Source of the DNA: Octopus bimaculoides
Lineage: Eukaryota
Direction: 5' to 3'
DNA: 64,000 nt
Assembly (NCBI RefSeq): GCF_001194135.2
Contig: NC_069006.1
Span: 17,711,313-17,775,312 of the forward strand
The notes below the pieces were generated by a model. It did no database searches. It was not told the DNA's origin and worked only from the letters and a program-made list of their open reading frames with translations. Below are positions 24,111 to 37,534 of this stretch, piece by piece. Positions within the stretch are counted from its first letter, which is position 1; each line of letters opens with the position of its first letter. A program made the position numbers and the translations under genes.

Positions 24111-25129
24111 TAGTTGTTCTTCCAGCTAATGTACAATATTCTTTATGATTTCATCTCTCTCTCTCCCTTCCATTTTCAACCAATTCTAAAACACTCTCCA
24201 TTGTCAATTTATTTCGCCATATTCTCTCTTTGTGTTTCTCCTGTGTTAGTGCGTAAGAGAAGCTAGAAAGACGCTCTACCTCTTATTCTCATAGCAATTA
24301 CTTTCAGCCTTTCCCAGTAGACTGCGCCCTGTCTTTATCTTCACCAGCAATGGTAATGCTATTTTATTAGCTCTGGCCATATTTGATTAACCTGAAGTAA
24401 TTGCTTTGACTGCTTCTCTAACGGAGCTTGCCGGAAATAGGCTTTCTGTTGGTATGCAACGAAAATATTATCTTTGCTCTGCTTTACATGTCAGTAAAGT
24501 GATGCTGTGTGGTGGAGTAAACAAAAATAAATAAATAGATAAGGAAAAAAATATATCTATCTATCTGCATATCTATCTATCTATATATATATAAATAGAT
24601 ATATAAACGTGGTTTAGAAGAGTTTATGAAAGCATTGAAATATATGTTACGTTACAGGCACATCTACTGTTTCGTTTTCATAGCAACTAGAATGAATGTT
24701 ACCAATTTATTTTGCAAATGAGAGAAAGAGAGAGAAGCAGGAAAAGCAACAACAAAAAAATGAAGAGGGAACAAAATAAAAGCAATGTTTATAGTTTATC
24801 AATTTTAGCCTGAGTTTCAGTCTTGACATCCAGAACGATGATCAAAGACTTTCTGATTGTGGCTTTGCCATCTTTTCATGTATCATGGATTACATTGTTC
24901 GTAGTACTGTTTTCTTATTTCAGATAATAAGGTTGAAGTTCCTCCTATATATATATATATATATATGATGAAGAATTAATCCTAGTGGGTACTTGTTTTT
25001 CTATGTGTTCGTTCCGTTGTCTGTAGTCCATTTTTCGAACGTCCTGTACCTACCCGAATATGCATCTATATACACATGGAGATGTACGTATGTACATATA
25101 TGTGTGTATACATGCTTATATATCCGTTG

Positions 25130-25180
<51 letters not shown>

Positions 25181-25496
25181 NNNNNNNNNNNNNNNNNNNN
25201 NNNNNNNNNNNNNNNNNNNNNNNNNNNNNNNNNNNNNNNNNNNNNNNNNNNNNNNNNNNNNNNNNNNNNNNNNNNNNNNNNNNNNNNNNNNNNNNNNNNN
25301 NNNNNNNNNNNNNNNNNNNNNNNNNNNNNNNNNNNNNNNNNNNNNNNNNNNNNNNNNNNNNNNNNNNNNNNNNNNNNNNNNNNNNNNNNNNNNNNNNNNN
25401 NNNNNNNNNNNNNNNNNNNNNNNNNNNNNNNNNNNNNNNNNNNNNNNNNNNNNNNNNNNNNNNNTATATATATATATATATATATATTATTTATGT

Positions 25497-25528
<32 letters not shown>

Positions 25529-25699
25529 TGATTGAATCTTCCATGTGTTAACATGTACCTCCTTGCGACATTTAATCAAGATAACCTTGGCTTGAAGAGT
25601 AGCCTGCAGTATACACTTGGATACTTACCACTTCTGAGGTTCCGCTCGCTATGAAACATATGCAGCCTGGATCTTATCTTCTCCATTCCTTAACTCTTT

Positions 25700-25935
25700 G
25701 TGTGTGTGTGTGTGTGTTTGCGTTTGTTCCCCTCATCACCTCTTGGCAACTGGTGTTGGTGTGTTAATATCTCTGTAACTTGGCAGTTTAGCCAAAAAGA
25801 TCAATAGAATAAGTACGAGGCTTAAGAAATAAGTCCCTGGACTCGATATGTTTGACTGAAACACTTTGAGGCAGTGCCCCAGCATGGCCGCAGTCAAATA
25901 ACTGCAACAAGTAAAAAGGTAAAAGATAGATCTGA
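25700..25935 (+). mobile_element. SINE family A tail half
   Basis: gatcaatagaataagtacgagg...cagcatggccgcagtcaaataactgcaacaagtaaaaagg. Confidence 0.8.
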
Positions 25936-27011
25936 TAATCTATTAGAACCCTCCAAGGCAATGCCCCCTGCTGGCTGCAGTTCAATTACTGGGTGTAATT
26001 TTAGAGATTTACTGCTATTTCTAGTAGGCTGAATAACCACACAGAGAATTCCCTTGTTGGCTTGGTGCCTGCTTTTAGCATTATATCTAAGTAGTGTTTT
26101 CCCCGTGTTTGCTGTCGTCTTTCGAGTCTTTTCTCCGTGAATTTATTGTAGCTTCGCTGTCTAATGAGACAGCTTCTTTTTTTTTTTCCCACTTTCTCTC
26201 ATTTTTATTTATTTATTTTTACTCTTGGTAATAGAAACCACAGCTGGAATAATTAGTATATAACTAGTTGTGAGACTAAGTAGCTAGCTAGTAGCTTCTA
26301 CTAGTTTACTTGTCATCACATAATTAAACACTCAATATTCTTCCTTCCACCAACCCCCCTCACCCCCTCTCTCTTTCTCTCTCGAAACTCCCTTATCTAA
26401 TTACTGCTGGTGTTTCTGCTTCTTTATCTCAGCTAGTTTTGTTTAGTGTTTTTGTTTGGATCTTTATATTCATTTTTATGATTTTGTACTTTTTCTTTCT
26501 ATGTTAGCAAGGTAATCCTAGGTGGTTAGTTGGTTGGTGGGTGGGAAAGGTTTACAAATTCAGAAGTCAAGTCATTCATGTAAAATTAGAGTGCTTATGT
26601 TTCTTCTGGTCTCATCTATCTATTAACATATCATTTTATTTACTACTGATATTTATGTTTCTGTTAGTTTTTTTCTCTTTTTTTGTGTGTTAGCATGGGT
26701 TTTATGAATACTTATTGTTGGGGAAATTTGTTTACAGCTGGATGTTCTTCCTGCCACTAACCCTTACCAAGTAGTCATTTTTATATATTTCACACATTTT
26801 CGTCAGTATGACAACAGTGTTTGCACAAGTCCTTTCTGTAAAGGAATCAGATGTAAACACAGAGACATCTACCTTTACACACACAAATATACAAACATAC
26901 ATACATACATATACACACACACATACATGCATGCATCCGCACATGCATACATACACGCATACATACATACATACATATATACATGCATACATACATAAAC
27001 AAACAATGCCC

Positions 27012-27165
27012 TCTTCCAGTTTCCATCTATCAAGTCCACCCACAAGGTGTTTGTCAGCCTGGGGCTATAGTAGCAGACACTTGCCCAAAGTGCCAAGCAG
27101 TGGGACTGAACTTGAAAGAATGTGTTTGGGAAGCAGACTTCCTACCGCACAACCACGCTCGTATC
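27012..27165 (-). mobile_element. SINE A head
   Basis: ccagtttccatctatcaagtccacccacaagg...cagtgggactgaac. Confidence 0.8.
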
Positions 27166-27167
27166 TA

Positions 27168-27265
27168 AGTTAGCATAAAATTTTGATGGAAGATCACTTT
27201 AAAACAGGCTGTTTTGGTCACAGAAGAAGGGGTTATTTTAGACAGGTTGGTATCAAAGGGTTAAT
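27168..27265. mobile_element. Fragment of a second TTAA-ended MITE family (K)
   Basis: Ends ggttggtatcaaagggttaa; homologous to 34178-34410. Confidence 0.55.
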
Positions 27266-27449
27266 TTGAAAAAGGAAAACAAGAAAAGAAGAAATGGAAT
27301 TAAAGCAGTTAATTTTTATACAGTTCTGAAAAATATTTTGTTGTTGAAGATTAAGATTAGTGAATTCGATCTGGTATTTAATCAGTGTTTATTTAATTTT
27401 ATTTGTGGAAACACTATTTCTAACCTTCTACTTCTATTCATACTCAAAC

Positions 27450-27715
27450 CCTTCATCACCTGGCACAAAGCCACATCCCTCAACACTACTTCCCACTCTC
27501 TCAAGGGGTTTTGTCTTGCTAGTTACTTGGTGACCCCCACTGCTGTTGGTGCCACATAAAATGCACCTGGGACACTGTGTAATGTGGTTGGCATTAGGAA
27601 GGGCAACCAGCTATAGAAACCCTGCCAAGGCAGACAGTAGAGCTTAGCACAGTCTTCAGGCTCCTACGAAGCCATCCAACCCATGCCAGCATGGAAGGAG
27701 GACATTAAATCCTCT
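27450..27715 (+). mobile_element. SINE family E, longer copy
   Basis: gctagttacttggtgacc...ggcattaggaagggcaaccagctatagaaacc...acccatgccagcatggaagg. Confidence 0.8.
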
Positions 27716-28069
27716 TCATCATCATATACACACAGTACTGTATGTGTGTTTATACAGACTAGAATGCTCAGCCTGTCAGTTGCAGACGCACAAAGAAAAC
27801 ACCTCCAAAAAGTAGAATACACACTAAATACACACACACATCTAAAATACACAGCAGTATAAACTGCACTCAGCCTGCTGCTGTTGTTGTTACTGCTTTG
27901 TGTCATTAGTTGACGGTAGAGAGGGGGAGGTTAATTTGTAATTATTGACATCCTGTCAAATTGACTTTTCAAACTACTGACCTTCCTTACCTCTATGCGT
28001 GTGTGTGCATGCATGCATATGTGTACATACACACTTGGGGCCCACACTCTTCTCTGTTGCTTTGATTAT

Positions 28070-28500
28070 ATTTCTCTTTCTGTCTCTCTCTCTTTCTCTC
28101 CCTCTCTCCCTCTCTCCCCCGTTTCCCTCTCTTGTCTCTTTTTATGTCTGTTTCTGTCTGTCTGTCTCTCTTTTTATGTCTGTTTCTATCTCTGTCTGCT
28201 GCCTGTCTCTCCCTCTCTCTACCTATTTCTCTCTCTCTCTTTCCCCTCTCTCTCTGTCTCTTTCGTCTCTGTTTATGTCTGTCCCTCTGTGTTTTCTTGT
28301 CTGTTTCTGTGTCTTTCTTTGTGTCTCTTGTCTCTGTTTCTCTGTCTGTCTGTCTCTCTCATCTACACATACCTGTGTTTCCTCAGTGCACTAAGAAAAT
28401 AAAAACCTGGCCGTTTCTGTCTGTCTCTCTTTCTCCTTCTCTCTCTCTCACTCACACACACACACACACACACACTGTCCTCCCCCTCACCCCTTTTATC
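28070..28500. repeat. CT/GT low-complexity tract
   Basis: Direct reading. Confidence 0.9.
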
Positions 28501-28861
28501 CTCTCTGTAGAGTGCACTAAGAAAGAAACAACAACCACTTCAGCAAAATGATTAATGAAAATAACTTTTTCTTTCCTCATTTCCCTCTTTGCCATTGTCT
28601 ATCTTAGAGACTGTGTGAAAAGTGAACTTTTGAATGGAGTAGTGTGGGTGGCGAGAAAGACACAGAGAGAGTGAGAGATGAACATTGAATTCTAATTCAT
28701 CATCATCATCATCATATAAAATAAAAACATCTATTTATAATATTATTGTAATGTTTTTCTTAATGGTGTGAGCACGGTGTGTGGATTGTGTTGTGTGTGA
28801 TGGGCAGATGAAGTCTTGAGGTGTAGTAAATATCGAGCTGTTGTAATATTTTGTTGTGGTG

Positions 28862-29250
28862 GTGTAAGGCAGTGAGCTAACAGAATTGTTAGCACACCAA
28901 GCAAAATGCTTAGTGGTATTTCATCCATCTCTACGTTTTGAGTTCAATTTCTGCCGAGGTCGACTGTGCCTTTCATCCTTTCGAGGTTGATAAATTAAGT
29001 ACCAGTTGAACACTGGGTCAATGTAACCAACTTAGCACCTCCCCTGAAATTGCTGGCCTTGTGCCAAAAATTTGAAATTAATGTTTTATAGTGGTGTAAG
29101 GTGGCGAGCTGGCTGAATCATTAGCACACCGGACAAAATGCTTTGTCTTTATATTCTGAGTTCAATTTCTTCTGAGGTCAACTTTGCCTTTCATCCTTTT
29201 GGGATAAATAAAATAAGTACCAGTTGAGGACAGGGGTTGATAAAATATGT
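28862..29250 (+). mobile_element. Two tandem SINE B copies
   Basis: Heads at about 28862 and 29097, each with gagttcaattt and ttgcctttcatcctt..taagtaccag. Confidence 0.85.
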
Positions 29251-29961
29251 ATNNNNNNNNNNNNNNNNNNNNNNNNNNNNNNNNNNNNNNNNNNNNNNNN
29301 NNNNNNNNNNNNNNNNNNNNNNNNNNNNNNNNNNNNNNNNNNNNNNNNNNNNNNNNNNNNNNNNNNNNNNNNNNNNNNNNNNNNNNNNNNNNNNNNNNNN
29401 NNNNNNNNNNNNNNNNNNNNNNNNNNNNNNNNNNNNNNNNNNNNNNNNNNNNNNNNNNNNNNNNNNNNNNNNNNNNNNNNNNNNNNNNNNNNNNNNNNNN
29501 NNNNNNNNNNNNNNNNNNNNNNNNNNNNNNNNNNNNNNNNNNNNNNNNNNNNNNNNNNNNNNNNNNNNNNNNNNNNNNNNNNNNNNNNNNNNNNNNNNNN
29601 NNNNNNNNNNNNNNNNNNNNNNNNNNNNNNNNNNNNNNNNNNNNNNNNNNNNNNNNNNNNNNNNNNNNNNNNNNNNNNNNNNNNNNNNNNNNNNNNNNNN
29701 NNNNNNNNNNNNNNNNNNNNNNNNNNNNNNNNNNNNNNNNNNNNNNNNNNNNNNNNNNNNNNNNNNNNNNNNNNNNNNNNNNNNNNNNNNNNNNNNNNNN
29801 NNNNNNNNNNNNNNNNNNNNNNNTATATGTACGTTTATGTCTGTGTTTATATGTATGTATATATATATATATATATATATGTATGCATTGTGTGTATATG
29901 TTTATATGTACGTTTATGTCTGTGTTTATATGTATGTATATATATATATATATATATATAT

Positions 29962-30220
29962 AAGGCTGCGATTTAAGGACTGTGTCAAGTCCTCATTAAA
30001 GGCTTGTGATATGCAGGAGACTGACTGGGAGAGCAATGGTTGTCATTGCCACAGATGGAGGAAGCAAGTTAAGGAGGGTGGGGTTGACACTTTTGAGAGA
30101 GCACATATTCTGCATGAAGGACTTAAGCATGCTGCTCGAAAGCACACTGCTGGTATAGTGAATGGGGAAAGCTTGGTCTGCAATGTTTGCAGTCGTGTAT
30201 GCTTGTCAAGAGCAAGGTGA
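29962..30220 (+). mobile_element. RTE (BovB-like) LINE ORF C-terminal remnant
   Basis: RLRFKDCVKSSLKACDMQETDWE..RWRKQVKEG..FE..RK..LVCNVCSRVCLSRA matches the RTE C-terminus with its terminal CxxC..C motif; the 5' side is lost in microsatellite and gap. Confidence 0.8.
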
Positions 30221-30705
30221 GGTTTGGGGGAGAATTTAGCCGCTAGCTCTAGCAGGTCGAGCTACCACACAGAAGCTCCCTCCCTTGTTGGCTTGACAGG
30301 GATATAGTCGATGCATATTGCAACACTTTACCTTATGGGCAACAGCTGAAAGTCACATTTCTTGATTCAGTGCAACTGGTAGCTTGCATGGTTGTTCCAT
30401 TGTATGACCATAATGCCCTTTGTGTATCTCTTTTGCTCCCCCCTCTCTCTCACAGAGAGACAGTGCAACAGCATTGATCCACCTAAATAGAATTTATAGT
30501 CAACATTTTTTTTTATGGCCTTCTGGTTGCCATGTCATTAAACTTATTTCTTTTGTATGTGTTTCCATGTAGTGCTTTTGTTGTTGTTTAGCCCCAGGTC
30601 AATCACAATTCAGCAGACTTATGATCAAAAGCATTCCAGCCATGACCATTCCATCTTCTCTTTCTCTCTCTCTCTCTCTCTCTCACACCCACACGCTCAT
30701 ATTCT

Positions 30706-30883
30706 TTAACCCTTTAGCATCTGATCAGATCCAACCTCTCACACCTACCCTACAATGTCATTCGAAAAATATACAAACATATCATTGACATCTTGCAGCT
30801 ACAAGATAATGCATAATTAATTCAAAGCAGAGTGAATAAATAAGCGCAATACGATTGACAAAGAAATCTGGATGCCAAATTAA
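30706..30883 (-). mobile_element. Family G MITE
   Basis: ttaaccctttagcat...ctggatgccaaattaa. Confidence 0.75.
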
Positions 30884-31324
30884 TTTAGCAGCAAATCATA
30901 ATTAAAAATAATTGATATGTATAAATCCAGCACATTTTGTAGATTATAAATCACTATTTTTTAATAAGTTTACAACATATCAAATCAATTAAATATATAT
31001 TTCCTTATATTTAATTAATATTATATTTAATACATATATCTTTATATTTAATTTATATTCAATCTCCTACATAAAACAGTCTTTACGAACAAAACCCATG
31101 ATATGCTCTTATCAGTATAGCTCCCTCTAGTCCCTTTCATAACTCCTATATGCCCAAATGAAGAATAAGCATGTGACAGAATGCTTTGTGGCATTTGTTC
31201 TGGCTCTCTGCATCCTGGGTTCTAATCCTGCCATGGTCAACTTTACATTTTGACATCTATAAGATAAAGTGTCAGTCTATTCTGGGGAATTGGTGGAACT
31301 GTCTGCGAGTCAGTTGTCTTTTTA

Positions 31325-31712
31325 TTTTTTATCTTCTGTCTTACACTTGTTTCAGTCATTTTTTACTGCAGCCATGCTGGGGTACTGCCTTGAAGGGTTT
31401 TAGTTGAACAAATCAACCCCAGGATTTATTTTTTTAAGCCTAATACTTATTCTATCAGTTGCTTTTGCCAGATTGCTAAGTTACAGGGATGTAAACACAC
31501 CAACAGTGGCAGGAGACAAACACACAAAAACACACATATGCATACATACATACAGACTTTTTTTCAGTTTCTGTCTACCAAATCCACTTGCAAGGCTTTG
31601 GTCAGCCAAAGTTATATATAGTACAAGGCACTTGCTGAAAGGGTCACACAGTGGGACTGAACCCAGGTCCATATGGTTGGGAAGTAAACTTCTTACAATG
31701 CAACCATGCCTG
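31325..31712 (-). mobile_element. SINE family A
   Basis: Full-length homology; explains the first two thirds of ORF 31404-31985. Confidence 0.9.
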
Positions 31713-32946
31713 TCATGCACTATTTGTTCTGGATTTTTACATTCTGAATTCCTGGATGGAAAACTTAATCTTGTCAGTCAATTTGACACCACAAAGTACC
31801 TTTCTTGGATGTTCTATAGTGATGTCCATTCTGTTGAAAGCATTCATGGCTCGTCTCTGGTTTCAAGAAAACTTTTCCCTTCCCTCTTGGAGGATTTGAA
31901 AAAAGCAAAAGGGTCTCTTTGGTACTGCCTATCCCTACTTGACAAAATGATACAAAAGCACCCCTGCTCCAACTACACTATTTGATGTATCTGAAGTATC
32001 TTTCATTTTTTTTTTTATGGGTAATTTGAGGGAGATTTAACTGTTGTTTCTAGTAAATTGAACCACCATATAGAGGCTTGGTTGTTGGCTTGTCTACTGA
32101 AGTTGTTTTAACTTCAGGTCATTTATTTAAAAAGTTTAGTTATCGATTCACCTCTCCTTTTTATCTTGTGGTACTGTGGCCAGCTGTTTAACCTTCACTT
32201 AAATGGAACAACCAGTTTTACAGAGAGGACAATCTGTTCATTCAGTAAAGAGGAATCTACTGAAAGATTTACAAAAGATTTATTGTAATTCTGCTCTCAG
32301 CTGATTGTTAGCATTTGTTCTTACAATATAAACAGTTGCGCATAAAAATTGTACTTTTGTATTTGTGGAGGTAAAAATTAAAACAACAAACCAACCCAAA
32401 CGAAAAAAAAAAAATAATAATAAAAAGAAGTAAACAAAAAATTAAATATAAAACAAAAGTAAAAAGAAAAAAAAAATCAACAGAATGTGTTTATCTTCAA
32501 AGATGTCAGTGCTTAGAGAATAAAAAGAATATAATACAGCAATTTTTCCCTGGGCAATGTTCTGGTAAAAATAATATTCGACATTTTAGATGTTCCTATT
32601 ACACATTGTCTATGAACAATAGCTGGCCACTAAATATGATCTGATTAATATTAGTGTAATATTAACAATGTGTACAATCATATCTTTTGTACATTATTAT
32701 GTTGATTGTTATTATTATTGTTGTCTGAGCATTTATCTCTTTTGGCTTAAGAGACAGAGAGGAGCTGAACAGTCGGGTGAAAGGGAAGCCATGCTAGTTT
32801 ATTGGCTGGCAGATTATCTGGAACCATTAATTAAGTTAGTTTTGTTGAATTAGCCTTAATCACGGCTATCAATGATTAGAAAGTTGAAAACAGTTAGGAG
32901 CTCCATATTTATTATATATATATGTATATATCTATCTATCTATCTA

Positions 32947-32994
<48 letters not shown>

Positions 32995-33356
32995 TAGATA
33001 TAGATATATATATATATGTACAATGTGAAGACAACTAATTGAATTGCAGTAGGAAATCAATTGTTACTGTGATTGTCTCCAAGACATTCTTGTGCTGCCG
33101 TAACACAGACACACACTGAGTCACTACCATTGTTAGAGTGTAGCTCGACTACTTATTGGTTTGACTTACTCAGAGGTGAGCAGTATTCCCAACCTTGTTT
33201 GTTACAAGGTCTTTGCGACTGCAAGAACACAGGAAGAACTCTCAAACCAGAGATCTGTTCTGAGCACTTGTATCTGCAGGGTCTTCCCTAAAAGAACCCA
33301 TTGGCCAAGCGTTGGTGTTAAACTGCCTGCTATATTAAATTTACTGTCTATGAATA

Positions 33357-33875
33357 GGTGTAGGCATGGCTGTGTGGTTAGAAGCTTGATTCCTAATCAC
33401 ATGGCTCCAGGTTCAGTCCCACTGTGGAGCACCTTGAGTGTTTTCTACTATGCCCCCAAGCTAACCAGTGCTTTGTCAGTAAATTTGGTAGACAGAAATT
33501 GAAAGAAGCGAGATGACAGAAACGTTTGCATGATGGGCGAAATACTTAGCGGTATTTCTTCTGCCGAGGTTGACTTTGCCTTTCATCCTTTCGGGGTTGA
33601 TAAATTAAGTACTAGTTATGCACTGGGGTCGATGTAATCGACTTAATCCCTTTGCCTGTCCTCATTTGTCCCCTCTATGTTTAGCCCCTTGCGGGCAATA
33701 AACAAATAAGAAATTGAAAGAAGCCATCTCGTGTGTGTGTGTGTGTGTCTCCTTATTTTGACATTGCTCGATGGTTGTACAAGTGTCGCTGTCATACAAG
33801 ATATCTCATTCATTTCCAATAATCTACAAGATGTCTTCTGGCCATGGGGAAATATTACCTGGCTTGAAAACAGGT
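33357..33875 (+). mobile_element. SINE family I (A-type head plus alternative tail), hosting a B' insertion
   Basis: Head aggtgtaggcatggctgtgtggtt; tail gtcgctgtcatacaag..ggccatggggaaatattacc as at 36629. Confidence 0.8.
33510..33708 (+). mobile_element. SINE subfamily B' with 16-bp TSD
   Basis: TSD agaaattgaaagaagc at 33494-33509 and 33709-33724; tail tttagccccttgcgggcaataaacaaata. Confidence 0.9.
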
Positions 33876-34177
33876 GGAGGTCTTTTTCGTTTGCTTTCAA
33901 GACAGCAGTCGGGTTTCCCTCAAATAAACTTCCCATCTCTTATGTTCATATAACTAAATGGAAAACATGGTGCTTGTGCTTCAGTAGGTGGATGTGTGCA
34001 AGTAATTTAGATGGATTTAATAAAAGAATTAATTAATAACCTGGTGTCGGGAAACTTAATTTAAACAAGGCTCTTCTTACATTAAGTTAGCATAGAATGT
34101 TTTAATTTTAAATATTTTGTGATAGATATCTTGATATTCTAAAACGAAAGAAGAGAGGATTATGGTCAAAAAAGGGT

Positions 34178-34410
34178 TTTAATTCTTTTGTTTTCATTTT
34201 TCTGTTGGAACACAATGTCTTTCCTTCAATTAATTTTGAAAATAGTGAAGAATTTAATAAAATAACTTGGTCATTATTAAACGGATGTTTGGAACATAAA
34301 TTAACATGAAACTTGGATGGAAGCTTGTAATTCAGATCACTTCAAAACAGGAAGTTTGTACCAAACAACTAGGAGTGGTATTGAGTGTATTGGTATGAAA
34401 AGGTCTAAAT
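34178..34410. mobile_element. MITE family K
   Basis: ttaattcttttgttttc...ttggtatgaaaaggtctaa; homologous to the 27168 fragment. Confidence 0.55.
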
Positions 34411-34435
34411 TGAGAAGCATTTGCTTAAAGGCTTT

Positions 34436-34475
<40 letters not shown>

Positions 34476-34481
34476 TGTGAT

Positions 34482-34698
34482 GATTTGGGATTTTGGCACA
34501 AGGCCTGAAATTTTATGGGTGGTGGTGGGTAAGTCAATTGTATTGAGTGCTCAACTGGTACTTACTTTATCAACCCCAAAAAGATGAAAGGCAAAGTTGA
34601 CCTCGGCCAGAATTTGAACTCAGAACATAAAGATTGGACGAGATGTTGCTAAGCATTTTGTCCAGCATGCTAACGATTCTGTCAGCTCACAGCCTTAA
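34482..34698 (-). mobile_element. SINE family B
   Basis: Reverse-complement match to 7648-7854. Confidence 0.85.
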
Positions 34699-35467
34699 TA
34701 ATGATAATAATGATGATAATAATGCCCTGGGAGTTGGGGAGACACTTGGCAAGAAATGGAATCAAAATTGAAAGAAGAAAATCTCGTAATAATAATGTAA
34801 TTCAGGGTTGTCTTTGATCATAAGTCTATCCAAGCTGGAGGGAAACTGCAACAACTAACAAGTGAGGCCATTTTTCTTTAAGATGAATTATGTGAAGCTG
34901 GCTGGCCTTTGACATATATTACAAGGAGATGGCCTAAGTAAAGGTTTACTGAGACTGTGAACATTTCATACATAGTTTGATGATCCCCCCGAACCAAGTG
35001 GATGTTGTTGCGCTTTCATTCAGTGTACATATTCTACAATGGTTTTGATGTCATTCAAGAATGTATTCATGTAGTCTTGACACTTCTTCTCTTTTAATAT
35101 TTTTCAAAATGGATTTGATGCCCGGTGACATGTGCAGTGGTTGTGAAAGGCTGTAGTGAAAAGATAAATAAATCGATTGTTGGAGGGGATTGTGGTTAGT
35201 GGTTTTATTCCCCAAACTCCGTGCTATGCTGAAGTGGGTGGGGAGGACGGTGGCAAACAAGGCAACAACGGAAAGCTTTCCAGTTCAGCAAAGTAGCATC
35301 TTCATCGTCAACAGCAGTGGCAGCAACATCATTAGTCCACTCAACTGTCCACTTAATGGTGGTGGAGTGTTACATCAGGAGGCAGCACTATTCAGCTATG
35401 AAACATCTGCTTAAAGAACCATGTGACAATTTCAATAGTGCCACTTTGCTTTATGTTATATATATAT

Positions 35468-35515
<48 letters not shown>

Positions 35516-36019
35516 CTTGTCTCTTTAACTACTCTTGTTGTTGTTGTCTGAATTTATTTATTCCTATATCTGTTTGTTTCAACTGTTCTTACTGTAATCG
35601 TTGGAACAGAGATAGATGTGTGAACATAGCCGGACAGTGTTGACATGTTGTTGTCTAGCTAGTATTTATTTATTTATTTATACATTTCTATATAGCATAC
35701 AAGTGTCATGCAGTTTATTGTAATGCTGTTATCGTAATATAGTTGTTGTGGTGTAGTTTTCAGTAGGTATGTACTTCAGGTTCCAAACAAGTTGACTGTG
35801 GCCATGCTGGTTTATGCCCAAAATCAATATCTTAAAAGAAGTTTGTTTCTCAACCACTTGGTTTTTGAGTTCAATTCCATTGCATTTATACTTTGAGCAA
35901 GTGTTTTCTACTGTAGTCCTGTGTCAACCAAAGCCTTGTGAATGAATTCGGTAGATGGAAATTGAAAGATGACCATTGTGTGTGTGCGTGTATGTAGGAG
36001 TGACTGTGATAAAAAGTTA

Positions 36020-36520
36020 GTTTCCCAACCACAGGGTTCTAGGTCCCACTGTGTGGCATCTTGAGCAAGTGTCTTCCATTTTAGCCACAAGCTGACCAAA
36101 GCCTTGTGAGTGGATTTGGTAGATGGAAACTGAAAGAAACATCTGTGTGTGTGTGTGTGTGTTTATATCCCTGTAACCTAGTTGTTCAGTGAAAGAGACT
36201 AATAGAATAAGTACTTGACTTGCAAGGACTAAGTCCTGGGGTCAATTTCTTCAACTAAAACCCTTTAAGGTGATGCAGGTGTTTATATCCCCTTTGTCTT
36301 GTCATCGTGGGATAATTGTAAACGAAGGTCACTGTCATACAAGTGGTGTTATTTACTTTCAGTTTTCCATGAAAACCTGCCCAGCCACAGGGCAATATTA
36401 CCCTGCTTCGGAATAGGTCAGGATCAGCAACTGGAAGAGTGTCAGTTCATAGAAGATCTGCCTTAAGGAATTTTGTCTTACTCATGCAAGCATGGTTAAA
36501 GTTGACCTTAAACCAATGAT
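36020..36520 (+). mobile_element. Composite of SINE A and I fragments
   Basis: A head, partial A tail, then an I tail ending catgcaagcatgg..gatgatg. Confidence 0.65.
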
Positions 36521-36628
36521 GATGATTTCATAATAATTCAGATGAAAAATAAGTTTAATGTAGATATATTTAAGTTTGTGGGTGTTGATATAATTGATGT
36601 AGGGGAGGATTGAATAGCAGTAGATAAT

Positions 36629-37020
36629 AGGCGAAGGTGTATGTATGTGGTTAAGAAATTTGTTTCCCTACCACATTGTTTAGCTTCAGGTTCAGTGCCC
36701 CCTATGTAGCACCATGGGCAAGTATTTTCTGCTATAGCCCCAGACCAAGTCTTGTGAGTGAATTTGGTAGAGGGAAACTAAGAGAAGCCCATTGGCTGTG
36801 CACGTCAAAGTTGGGAATGTTTTTGTCATACAAGCAGTGTCGTTCATTTCCAATATTCTACTTAGATAGGTTTGGCCACAAGGGAAATATTACCTTTGCT
36901 TGGAAACATTTGAGGGTAAATGACAAGAAGAATACCAGACCATAGAAAATTTGCCTCAATAAACTCTGTCTGACCCATGCAAACACGGGAAGGTGTACAT
37001 TAAAATGATCGTGATAATGT
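36629..37020 (+). mobile_element. SINE family I
   Basis: A-type head joined to gtcatacaagcagtgtcgttcatttcc...ctgacccatgcaaacacggg..aaaatgatcgtgataatg. Confidence 0.8.
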
Positions 37021-37534
37021 AGGTTAGCGTTAACATATTTAATATAATTGAAAATGCAGGATTTAAAAAACATTAAATTAGTTTGTGTTAGCATATTTAA
37101 TACTGGAAGAATTAAATAACAGTAGATAACTTAATGTTAACATATTTAATATAAAAGAGGATTAAGTAACAATAGATAATATGGTGTTAACGTATTTAAT
37201 ACAGGGAACATCAATAAATAAATAACATTAGATGAGCCAATATTCTTCTATTTAATGGAGGGTGTATTTATTAATAATAACAATAATAAAAATAGTATTT
37301 CATAGTAATAAATATATGATTGGGAAAAAATAACAATGGTTATTGACTTTTATTATTTTATATTCATTTTATCTAGCAAGTATTAGAAACAGCTTATGAC
37401 ATGTTCCAAGGATTTGGTGTGGCTGTTTCAGCACACCTCCTTCACCATCCTCTGGGGCAACACCTTTTCCATTTTGTCTGCTGGGATCATGAGGTGGTCT
37501 GAATTACAGGAAATTGTATGTTCCACATGTTTAT

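Noticed and set aside
25630-25670. ctgagg...gaaac as another hammerhead
   Set aside because: The core is not CUGANGA and no stem II forms.
31404-31985. 193-aa ORF
   Set aside because: The first part is an antisense SINE A; the remainder is unrecognised, at best a faint LINE trace on minus.
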